A stretch of 64,000 bases of DNA from Octopus vulgaris. Its lineage: Eukaryota. Below are positions 52,401 to 64,000 of this stretch, one piece after another. A program made the position numbers and the translations under genes. The number at the start of each line of letters is the position of its first letter. The first letter of the stretch is position 1. Where the stretch lies: the NCBI GenBank assembly GCA_951406725.2, contig OX597831.1, positions 11,966,001 through 12,030,000 on the forward strand, in the 5' to 3' direction. Below the pieces are notes generated by a model. It did not search any database, was not told where the DNA came from, and saw only the letters and a program-made list of their open reading frames with translations.

Positions 52401-55400
52401 TGTACAAAATTCCTTCACTTCATATATTTCACGCCTGTGTACGGAATTCCTTCACTTCATACATTTCACGCTTCTGTATGAAATTCTTGTACTTCATACA
52501 TTTCAACCTTGTGAATGAAATTCTTGTATTTCACACATTTCACGACTGTGTATGAAATTCCTTCATTTCAGACGGTTCAACACTTGTGTATGAAATTCAA
52601 TCTCCTCATACGTTTCACGCTTGCGTATGAAATTCATGCATGTGGTCATTTCAACCTCTTGTATGAAATTCGTGTACTTCATACCTTGCACGTCTGTGTA
52701 TGAAATTCCTTAATTTTAGACATTTCACCCTTGCATATGAAATTCATGCACTTTATAAGTTTCACCCCTGTGTAGGAAATTCATGCACTTCATACATTTC
52801 ACACTTGTGTATGAAATTCGTGTACGACTGTGTATGAAATAACTCCAATTTAGATGTTTTGACGCTTGTGTATGAAATTCGTGTAATTCATACCTTTCAC
52901 GCCAGTGTACGAAATTCATTCACTTCATACGTTTCACGCATGTCTATGAAATTCATGCACTTCATACGTTTCAACCTTGTGTATGAAATTCGTGTACTTC
53001 ATACGTTTCACGCCTGTGTACGAAATTCATGTACTTCATACATTTCAACATTGTGTATGAAATTCATGTCCTTCATACATTTCACGACTGGGTACGAAAT
53101 TCATTGACTTCATACGTTTCCCGCTTGTTTATGAAATACATGCACTTCATACATTTCAACCTTGTGTATGATATTCGTGTACTTCATACATTTCACGCCT
53201 GTGTACGAAATTCACGTACTTCATAATTTCACGCCTGTGTACGAAATTCACGTACTTCATAATATCAACCTTGTGTATGAAATACGTGTACTTCATACAT
53301 TTCAGGCCAGTGTACGAAATTCATTCACTTCATAAGTTTCACGCTTGTGTATGAAATACATGCACTTCATACATTTCAACCTTGTGTATGAAATTTGTGT
53401 ACTTCATACATTTCACGCATGTGTATGAAATTATTTCATTTCAGACGTTTCAACACTTGTGTATGAAATTCAATGTCCTCATACATTCCACGCATGTCTA
53501 TGAAATTCATGCACTTCATACGTTTCACGCCTGTGTATGAAAAACATCCATTTCATACATTTCAACCTTGTGTATGAAATTCGTGTACTTCATACATTTC
53601 CCGCCTGTGTATGAAATTCCTTCATTACAGACGTTTCAACACTTGTGCATGAAATTTAATCTCGTCATGCGTTTCACGCTTGTGTATGAAATTCAATCTC
53701 CTCATACAATTCGCGCATGTCTATGGAAATTCATGCACTTCATACTTTTCAACATTGTCTATGAAATTCGTGTACTTCATACGTTTCACTACTGTGTACG
53801 AAATTCATTCACTTCATACGTTTCCCGCTTGTGTATGAAATACATGCTCTTCATACATTTCAAACTTGTGTATGAAATTCGTGTACTTCATACATTTCAC
53901 GCCTGTGTATGAAATTCTTTCATTTCAGACGTTTCAACACTTGTGTATGAAATTCAATGTCCTCATACATTTCACGCATGTCTATGAAATTCATGCACTT
54001 CATACGTTTCACGCCTGTGTATGAAATACATCCATTTCATACATTTCAACCTTGTGTATGAAATTCGTGTACTTCATACATTTCCCGACTGTGTATGAAA
54101 TTCCTTCATTACAGACGTTTCAACACTTGTGCATGAAATTTAATCTCGTCATGCGTTTCACGCTTGTGTATGAAATTCAATCTCCTCATACAATTCGCGC
54201 ATGTCTATGGAAATTCATGCACTTCATACTTTTCAACCTTGTCTATGAAATTCGTGTACTTCATACGTTTCACTACTGTGTACGAAATTCATTCACTTCA
54301 TACGTTTCCCGCTTGTGTATGAAATACATGCTCTTCATACATTTCAAACATGTGTATGAAATTCGTGTACTTCATACATTTCACGCCTGTGTACGAAATT
54401 CCTTCATTACAGACGTTTCAATGCTTGTGTATGAAACTTAATCTCGTCATGCGTTTCACGCTTGTGTATGAAATTCATGCACTTCATACATTTCAACCTT
54501 GTGTACGAAATTCATGTACTTCATATGTCACGCCTGTGTACGAAATTCATATATTCATACGTCTCATGCTTGCGTATGAAATTCCTGCATTTCATACGTT
54601 TCACGCTTGTGTATGAAATTCGTGTACTTCACACATTTCACGACTGTGTATGAAATTCCTTCATTTCAGACGTTTCAAGACTTGTGTATGAAATTCAATT
54701 TCCTCATACGTTTCACGTTTGCGTATGAAATTCACGCAAGTGGTCATTTCAATCTTTTGTATGAAATTCGTGTACTTAATACATTTCACGCCTGTGTATG
54801 AAATTCTTTCATTTCAGACGTTTCAACTCTTGTGTATGAAATTCAATCTCGTTATACGTTTCACGCTTGTAGATAAAATTCATGCACGAGATCATTTGAC
54901 TCTTGCGTATGAAACTCATGCGCATCATACATTTCAAGCTTATGTATGAAATTCGTGTATGTCTTACATTTCACGACTGTGTATGAAATACCTCCAATTT
55001 AGATGTTTTGGCGCTTGTTATGAAAAACAATTTCGTCATACATTTCAACTTTGTGTACGAAATTCGTGTAATTCATACCTTTCACGCCAGTGTACGAAAT
55101 TCATTCACTTCATACGTTTCACGCATGTCTATGAAATTCATGCCTTTCATACGTTTCAACCTTGTGTATGAAATTCGTGTACTTCATACATTTCCGCCTG
55201 TGTATGAAATTCCTTCATTACCACGTTTCAACACTTGTGTATGAAATTTAATCTCGTCATGCATTTCACGCTTGTGTACAAAATTCATGTACTTCATACG
55301 TTTCAACCTTTTGTATGAAATTCAATCTCCTCATACGTTTCACGCATGTCTATGAAATTCATCCGTTTCAACCTTGTGTATGAAATTCGGGTACTTCATA

Positions 55401-58217
55401 CATTTCACGCATGCGTATGAAATTCTTTCATTTCAGACGTTTCAACACTTGTGTATGAAATTCAATCTCCTCATACATTTCACGCATGTCTATGAAATTC
55501 ACTCACTTCATACGTTTCAAGCTTGTGTATGAAATTCGTGTACTTCATACATTTCACGACTGTGTACGAAATTCATGTACTTAATACATATCAACCTAGC
55601 GTATGAAATTCGTGTACTTCATACATTTCCCGCCTGTGTATGAAATTCCTTCATTAAAGACGTTTCAACACTTGTGTTTGAAATTTAATCTCGTCATGCG
55701 TTTCACGCTTGTGTATGAAATTCATGTACTTCATACGTTTCAACCTTTTGTATGAAATTCGTGTACTTCATACATTTCACGCATGTGTATGAAATTCTTT
55801 CATTTCAGACGTTTCAACACTTGTGTATGAAATTCAAACACCTCATACATTTCACGCATGTCTATGAAATTCATCCGTTTCAACCTTGTGTATGAAATTC
55901 GGGTACTTCATACATTTCACGACTGTGTACGGAATTCATTCACTTCATACGTTTCACGCTTGTGTATTTAATACATGCACTTCATACATTTCAACCTTGT
56001 GTATGAAATTCATGCACTTCATACATTTCACGCATACTCTTTTACATGTTTCAGTCATTTGACTGCGGCCATGCTGGAGCATCGCCTTTAGTCGAGCAAA
56101 TCGACCCCGGAACTTATTCTTTGTAAGCCCAGTACTTATTCTATCGGTCTCTTTTTGCCGAACCGCTAAGTGACGGGGACGTAAACACACCAACATCGGT
56201 TGTCAGGCAATGCTAGGGGGACAAACACAGACACACAAACACACATACATATATATATATACATATATACGACAGTCTTCTTTCAGTTTCCATCTACCAA
56301 ATCCACTCATAAGGCATTGGTCGGCCCGGGGCTATAGCAGAAGACACTTGCCCAAGATGCCACGCAGTGGGACTGAACCCGGAACCATGTGGTTGGTTAG
56401 CAAGCTACTTACCACACAGCCACTCATGAAATTCGTGTACTTCATACCTGTCACGCCTGTGTACGAAATTCATTCACTTCATACGTTTCCCGCTTGTTTA
56501 TGAAATACATGCATTTCATACATTTCAACCTTGTGTATGAAATTCGTGTACTTCATAAGTTTCCCGCCTGTGTAGGAAATTCCTCCATTACAGACGTTTC
56601 AACACTTGTGTACGAAATTCAATCTCCCCATACATTTCACGCGTGTCTATGAAATTCATGCACTTCATACGTTTCAACCTTGTGTATGAAATTCGTCTAC
56701 TTTATACATTTCACGCCCGTGTACGAAATTCATTCACTTCATATGTTTCCCAGTTGTGTATGAAATACATGCATTTAATACATTTCAACCTTGTGTATGA
56801 AATTCGTGTACTTCATACCTGTCACGCTTGTGTACGAAATTCATTCAAATCATACGTTTCATGCTTGTGTATGAAATTCGTGTACTTCATACATTTTAAC
56901 TTAGTGTATGAAATTCGTGTCCTTCATTCATTTCACGACTGTGTATGAAATTCTTTCATTTCAGACGTTTCAACACTTGTGTATGAAATTCAATCCCGTT
57001 ATACGTTTCATGCTTGTGTATAAAATTCAAGCACGAGATCATTTGACGCTCGTGTATGAAATTCCTCCACTTCATACGTTTCACTCTTGCGTATGAAATT
57101 CATGCACTTCATACATTTCACCCTTGTGTATAAAATATATGCACTTCATACACGTCACATTTGTGTAGGAATTTCGTGTACGTCTTAAATTTTACGACTG
57201 TGTATAAATACCTCCAATTTAGATATTTTAACGCTTGTGTATGAAATTCAAAATGTCGTCATACGTTTCACGCTTGTGTATGAAATTCGTGTACGTCTTA
57301 CATTTCACGACTGTGTACGAAATTCATTCAATTCATGTTTCACGCTTGCGTACGAAATTCATATACTTCATACATTTCATCCATGTGTATGAAATTCGTG
57401 TTCTTTATACATTTCTCGCCTGTGTATGAAATTACCTCATTACAGACGCTTCGACTCTTGTGTGAGAAATTTAATTTCGTCATGCTTTTCACACATGTGT
57501 ATGAAATTCATGTACGTGATCATTTCACGCTTGTGTATGAAATTCATGTACATAATACCTTTCACGCCTGTGTACGAAATTCATTCAATTCATAAGTTTC
57601 ACGCTTGTGTACGAAATTCATGTACTTCTTACATTTCACACTTTTGTATGAAATTCGTGTACGTCTCACATTTCACGACTGTGTATGAAATTCTTTCATT
57701 TCAGACGTTTCAACACCTGTGTATGAAATTCAATCTCCTCATTCGTTTCACGTTTGTATATGAAATTCCTGCACGTGGTCATTTCATGCTTGTGTACGAA
57801 ATTCATGCACTTCATACTTTTCACGCTTGTGTATGCAATTCATACATTTCACAGTTGCGTTTGGAATTTATGCACTTCTTTCGTTTCGCTCTTCTGTCAT
57901 GAAATACATGCACGCCATACGTTTCACGCTTGTGTATAAAATTCATGCACTTCAAACGTTTCATCCTTGTGTATGAAATCCATGCACTTCATATCTTTGA
58001 CGCTTGTGTATGAAATTCAATCCCTTCATAAGTTTCACGCCTGTGCATGAAATTCATGCACTTCACATGTTTTAGTCTTGCGCATGAAATTCATGCACTT
58101 CATACCTCAAAGGCTTGTGTACGAAAATCGTGCACTTCATGTGTTTCACTTTTATGTATGAAATTCAGTAACTTCATACGTTTGACAGTTGTGGATGAAA
58201 TTAATGCACTTCATATA
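49452..58217. repeat. 8.8-kb tandem array of a ~37-bp unit (GTTTCACGCTTGTGTATGAAATTCATGCACTTCATAC) with two orientation switches
   Basis: Forward about 49452-49558, reverse about 49558-52062, forward 52062-58217; 484-bp higher-order duplication around 53400-54380. Confidence 0.95.
56035..56425 (-). mobile_element. tRNA-head SINE family C, near full length, inserted into the 37-bp array
   Basis: Minus strand: A-box TGGCTGTGTGG, B-box-like GGTTCAGTCCC, CORE-like CTTGGGCAAGTG, 3' CAGCATGGCCGCAGTCAAATGACTGAAAC. Confidence 0.9.
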
Positions 58218-58579
58218 TAACAAATAAACATTACTACATATGTTGAGTAACTTTTCCTTTGCTTCTGCATATATTTACGTCTTCATTATTTTGTATTTAA
58301 ATAAATATTCTGGGAAATCTTAAATTCTTGAATTTGAAATTCAGTCCCGTTGAAGAATGGAAAAAATAGGAGTCAAATTGGAACAGATTGAAATCGACGA
58401 CAAATAAGGAAATAAACTTTCCTGCATGTTTATAAAGCAATAAAGAAACATGTACACACACACACACACCTATACACATATGCATATATATGGGGGTGGG
58501 ACGAGCGTGTATATGTGTATATATTCATATGTATGTGTATGTGAATATATATATATATATATATATATACATACATATA

Positions 58580-58620
<41 letters not shown>

Positions 58621-58626
<6 letters not shown>

Positions 58627-58730
58627 ACCGACCAGACCATCAGATGTTGTTACACATCGCTGGTCACAATGCGTTCGCATTGTTTTAGCCTTCGAATGAC
58701 GCCACCCCGCTGGTTAAGCGAGCAGGCCAA
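58621..58730. repeat. 110-bp GC-richer segment embedded in (TA)n, probably a short retroposon end
   Basis: Sharp compositional boundaries; family not identified. Confidence 0.35.
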
Positions 58731-58857
58731 TATATATATATATAGATATACATATACATATATACATGTATATAAATGTGCATATGCATATATATGTACA
58801 GACATATTTATTTGCATATGTATGCGCATATGAATATATAGAGAGATACACACACAC

Positions 58858-58897
<40 letters not shown>

Positions 58898-61800
58898 TGA
58901 CACACATGCGTATCAGAGTATATATGCATATGCGTGTGTGTATGCCACTTACATACATTACACCCATTTACAACAAAACTCCAATTAGCGCAGCTAAATT
59001 CGTTTCCTGTGAAAACGTCCGTTGAATATATTAATGCATAAGAAATGCCATAATTGCTTCAAGAACGTCCTAAATTCTTGGCTGAATTTTTTCTTTTGCG
59101 TATTTTATTTTATTTTTTTATCATATTTCAAAATAAAACTAAAAAATTAACGACGATTCAACTGATTGATCCGCTGAATTACCTACCCCAGAATTAACAT
59201 CTGAGCGACTGAGTATTCCACAGACATCCCCAGGCGGAATTCGCATACAACAGTATGTTACAAGACTGCACGTTTATAATTACTGTCAGAATCCATTTGA
59301 TGACTTTCCACACAGTTTCCGTTGAGCTAAGGCACTTCTGTTTGATATTCACTGACTGAGATAGATATTATCTATTTAAAATAATAATTAAACTCATTAT
59401 CGACGACTTAATTGGGTCTTTGATTCTATCTTTTCTTCATGCTTTGAAATAAATTTTCTCAAAAGCGAATTTAAAAGTACAATGACACAGAGATAAATAA
59501 AGATTTGGTTTCGCAGACCATAAGAACCACCTCGAGGTGAGAATTGGGTTTTGTATTTGAGAGAGAAGTATTGTCGACAATTCCATCTGTGCCGTGATGC
59601 TGCCTCCGTGAATAATATATAACGAATTAGATTTACCTTCACCAATGTTCTTAACACAAGAACTGACTGAATGTCTCTGCTAGAACTCAAAAACTTCCGA
59701 CCAAAGTTGCTGTCACTACGAGGTCGATAATAGAAACTTATTTCATTTATATAAAGCAGTGAACTGACACAACATTTAGAGCACTGTCAAGTGGTATTTC
59801 TTCTGAAATCATTATGTTCTGAGTTCAAATTCTGCTGAGGTCGACTTCGTCTTTCGCCCATTCTGGATTGATAAAATCTTGTACCAAGATTTGAAACCAT
59901 TATTTTCATTTGTATTCTTGTTTTATCACGTCTCAGTCCCAGCAGCCTGTAATATTTATACATTGAGATCCATTTTCCACGTTTCAAACGTAAAAGGCAA
60001 AGTCCGCGTTGATGACAGCATGTTTATTCCCTTTGTATGTACACGGGTGTGCGTGTATTAATATCTCTTGGTGTTTTACTGAGAAATCATGAATTACAGG
60101 ACTCAATACGTAAATGTAGTGTACTCATTAATATATTATAACTGAAAGGTTCGCATTTTTAGTACTCTCATACGTTTAGACGTTAGACATGATTACTAAT
60201 GACTAAAAAATTTAAGAACTTTTTATGAAGTAAAGAAAAAATAATAAAATTGAATTCTGTGCTGTGTTTTCCTTATAATTCCTTGATTTTCAAATTTATA
60301 ATCACGCTTCATTTTATGTAATAGTTGCAACCGTTGGAAAGTCCACGTGTGTTTTACGAATTACTAAAAAAAATGATATGCTTTATCTTTGGCTTCTGTT
60401 TTTAAAATTATGGTGCGAGTAATACGTGCAAAAACTGATGTTTCAAGTTCACATTTTCCATTAATTTCTGGCTTTTGTAAAACCGCATACAAAGGGGATC
60501 ATTCTAACAACAATTACCATGAAATTGCGTTAAATATTTAAAAAAAACACTTCGAAATAAACCAGGTTTGTACTCACACAAAAGATACTTAGCTCCGTGT
60601 ATACAAGGCCCAAGCAGTTCTGTTCTTTTATTCAAACCATTACTGCTTCTAAATAAAATTCAAGTTGTTTGCTCAAGCAAATGTCACAACTCATATTTTT
60701 TTATTAGAAGCTACCGTCCCTGTATGGTTGTACCTTACTTATAATTGGCCAGGTAATTTTGAATTCAAGAGGACTCGTCCAATAAATTTCAACGAAGTCA
60801 CAGCGCATTTTAAAAATCAGAACTGGCTAATGAATAGCGGCAAAATACAATTACAAAATGTAATTTTTGTAAAATGGGCTGTACTCAGTTTTGGGTATCC
60901 TTGGATAATGTATAATGTAGCTGTAATGCCGCTTCCTTGCGGTGTTGTTTCATTGTCAAATTAAAAGTTTAAGAAAAGCAAACTCTAACAATTTTATTGA
61001 ACGAGTTTTAGATGGAAAACAAAGCAGTAGAAATTGCGCATATCAATCATTTGGCCAGGAGATTGTCAATGAAAATACGATAATCAGTTGGTTATGTTTT
61101 AGCTTCAATATATTTATATTTTTATATATCTTTTATCTTCCTTCAAGATCCAGATTTGTGCAGATGTCATACCACGAACCAGTTCTGCCGTCTCTATGTG
61201 TATATCTTTGTCATACAAAAACTGTCAGATTTGAAGTTTTAACTGGTTTTAGCAAACAATAATTGTCTTTTGTTTAGTGGAATGCTCAAAGCTCCCTTCA
61301 TGTTGCAGCAGGCTTCACTAATGCAGTCATGGTTACATGTAGAGCGTCGTCAATGTGTGTTATAAAGTAATAACTGCCAATTCGGATACTGCTTAATTTC
61401 ATTTCGGGATTCCTTTGGACGTATTCGAAGTTTTTAGCAGGTCAAATCCTGTGATGGTCTATTAATAACCATTACCACAATGGTCGCATATACTGCTCTG
61501 CTGGTTATACAACTTTGCTTTTGTTACGTCATTCCATCAGATAGACGCTCCTTCAAGCTCCGAACAAATTTTGAAAGCGAGGTAGAGTTATTCCTTTTCC
61601 CCTCTATCCTTGAATATGAAATGCATCGAGCTTTGAATGTATATTTGGTAAGGCTGTCCTATCAATATCAGATTCTTCTCGAAGCACCTATTTCTTGTGG
61701 TGAAGTGTAGGTTACTTTAGAATGGGGCATACGTAAGTAACAAATGGGTAGAACTTACAATAATTAAAACACCTTTTAAATATATGCATGCGATATACTT

Positions 61801-62911
61801 TTTCCATTCATGGTTGGTACAGGTTTTTTTGTCTTTCTGAAAGCCAAAGTGAAGCGTGGGACAAAAATAATTGAGAGACACTGCTCTGGAGAATAGCTGT
61901 CGACATATTTGGTTGCAAAGTCATCGAGGGTAGTCATTGGTTCTAACTTTCTTAATGTACTTAAAAATTTTATCAGAGATACTTGAGAAATGCAAACACA
62001 ATGAGAAGCATCTATTTATGTAACTGGAAAACATCGCCTTTACCGGACTAAACCCACACAAATATAGACATCTGTAACTGATGCGTTTTAGACTCTATTT
62101 TTTGGTCTATTTCCTTTTTCCACTCTCCACCTCTCATCTCATTGGTTTATTTTTTCTTCTAATACTCACCTTCTTCATTTTTCACTTTTATCATATACTT
62201 GCTTTATTTCTTCTCACATTTTTCTTGTTGATTACATTTTCTTTGAGTACCGACGCCTATTTCCAACACCACTGAAACCCACGTGATCGTCTTCTCTCCC
62301 GACTCACACATATCAACCTCTCGGAATCCCAATTTACGCAATTTCTTTCTCAGGCTTTCTGTTGACTAAATTTTTCCAACACTAAAAAAATAAACAGACA
62401 GTTAAACTGGTTTACTTCTATAGCAGAAGACTTATCTACTTTGACGGAAGCGGAAGTTTGAAAGAAAAATATAAGCACTATTTCAATATTTGAAAAACAA
62501 ATAGACATTAGGTAAGCACCCTTGGGTGGCCACCGCGGGTTTCGCTGCGTCTGTTATATTTCCTCTCGTTATCAGGTGTTTTCTTCCTGGATGTACACAT
62601 ACTATCAAACAAGATCTGGACAAGGCACCTTTATTTCTAAACGTAGTGTAATAACATTCTCATCTTATAAATGCGTATCCTATAACCAGGAATCCGATAT
62701 CTGATGTCCAGGGATGAAAACAACTGGAAAACTCGTGAATACAAAAAGGGTTGATGCAAAAATGATTACAGCTTTTGTAATTTGAAACTTTAATGCTTAA
62801 TCTAAGATGAATTTTAATTAAACTATATTAATACCGTTGTGAAGTGCAGGTTTCTTATTGTTGATTTATGCCAAAGATGTTGTTCCTCTCTTTATTCTTG
62901 TCAAATTAAAA

Positions 62912-63313
62912 ATGGAACATAAGCTTATTCAAACAATTTTATCGCACGAATTCCGAACAGAAAGTAAAACTGCAGAAAGTGCTCGTAATATCAACCAAGC
63001 ACAAGGCGGCGAGCTGGCAGAAGCGTTAGCACGCCGGGAGAAATGCTTAGCGGTATTTCGTCAGTCGTTACGTTCTGAGTTCAAATTCCGCCGAGGTCGA
63101 CTTTGCCTTTCAACCTTTCGGGGTCGATAAACTAAGTACCAGTTACGCACTGGGGTAGATATAATCGACGTAATCCGTTTGTCTGTCCTCTCTGTGTTTA
63201 GATCCTTGTGGGTAGTAAAGAAATAGGTATTTCTAGAGTAGAAAAGAATATCAACCAAGCATTTAATTTGAAGATCAATGAAATAATAATAATAATAATA
63301 AACGTGCAGTTCA
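62912..63313 (+). pseudogene. Mariner (Mos1/SETMAR-type) transposase N-terminal relic split by a SINE
   Basis: MEHKLIQTILSHEFRTESKTAESARNINQA|F..NE..RAVQ resembles the first mariner HTH (EFxxGxxAxExARNINxAF..NERTVQ). Confidence 0.65.
63002..63246 (+). mobile_element. SINE family B (Nin/Deu-like domain) with perfect 15-bp TSD
   Basis: AATATCAACCAAGCA at 62987-63001 and 63247-63261. Confidence 0.92.
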
Positions 63314-63325
63314 AGTGAGTCCGCA

Positions 63326-63375
<50 letters not shown>

Positions 63376-64000
63376 AACACACACACACACACATATGAGG
63401 GGCTGGATTTGTTTTGGCTTTGAAGAATATAACATTTCAAGAGTTTTTTTCCATATATTTTCAGTCGTTTGATAAAACTGAACCATGATGCACCCAAATG
63501 CATATCTGAAACAGCTGTAAGCCTATGTTAAATAAATAAATGTATATAACCCATTACTTCTGTCTATTATGTGTGTGTGTGTGTATGTGTACGTGCGTGC
63601 TTGCATGTGTATGCATGTATGTATATTGTATGTATATGTGCGTGTGTGTGCATGTATGTGTATTGTGTGTAACAACAACTGAAGACAAGGTGCTTCCATT
63701 ATACAAGCAATGTTCTTCATATCTACTCATCCATGAAAACATGTCTAGCCAGGTAGAAATATTACCTTGCTTGGAAACAGGTAAAGGTCGGTGACAGGAA
63801 GAGCACCTGACCACAAAAAAATGCTGCGTCAATTAACTTCGTTTGAACTATGCACGAAAACGTGAACATTAAAAAGATGACGATAATGACGACGGTGTTA
63901 TTGATTATAATGATGATGATGACGCGCGCGCGTGTGTGTGTGTTTGTGTGTGTCCTTTACTGGTGTATATTTATGAGAAAATAACCAATAAACTGGAGCA

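Noticed and set aside
49711-57939. Many ORFs with MKF/VYEI repeats
   Set aside because: Translations of the satellite in shifting frames; the 37-bp unit is not a multiple of 3.
49452-58217. 37-bp array as a CRISPR-like repeat-spacer array
   Set aside because: No unique spacers: the variable parts are ~10-nt related variants that recur. No cas-like gene nearby, and the context is eukaryotic.
49452-58217. Heat-shock element array (GAA/TTC)
   Set aside because: Spacing is GAA-N-TTC, not the nGAAnnTTCn required.
60665-61710. ORF cluster as a gene or hAT transposase
   Set aside because: Only a weak LLCFPS resemblance on the minus strand; no consistent motifs or splice structure.

Overview
AT-rich, repeat-dense eukaryotic DNA. 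The SINE, LINE and microsatellite content suggests a cephalopod, probably Octopus (inference). One complete protein-coding gene can be assembled by hand on the + strand: an 11-exon lysosomal acid phosphatase of the histidine phosphatase branch 2 family (ACP2/ACPP-like; CDS 237-44291, 1263 nt, 420 aa). It has a signal peptide, intact RHGDRSP and HD motifs, a C-terminal TM helix and a YASL sorting motif, with a CLEAR-like E-box just upstream of the ATG. Introns and downstream DNA hold RTE-clade and CR1-group LINE relics, at least three tRNA-head SINE families, six Helitrons (one with a PIF1-type helicase fragment), mariner/hAT/Tigger-like derivatives and several long palindromes. The most unusual items are: (1) an 8.8-kb array of a 37-bp dyad-containing unit that flips orientation twice; (2) several sequence-unrelated minimal hammerhead-ribozyme folds in Penelope-like repeats; (3) a C4HC3 PHD finger inside an RTE reverse transcriptase; (4) a 3.3-kb near-pure AT tract bracketed by inverted arms. 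Most ORF-track entries are microsatellite or repeat artefacts. Everything was read by eye, so repeat boundaries are approximate.
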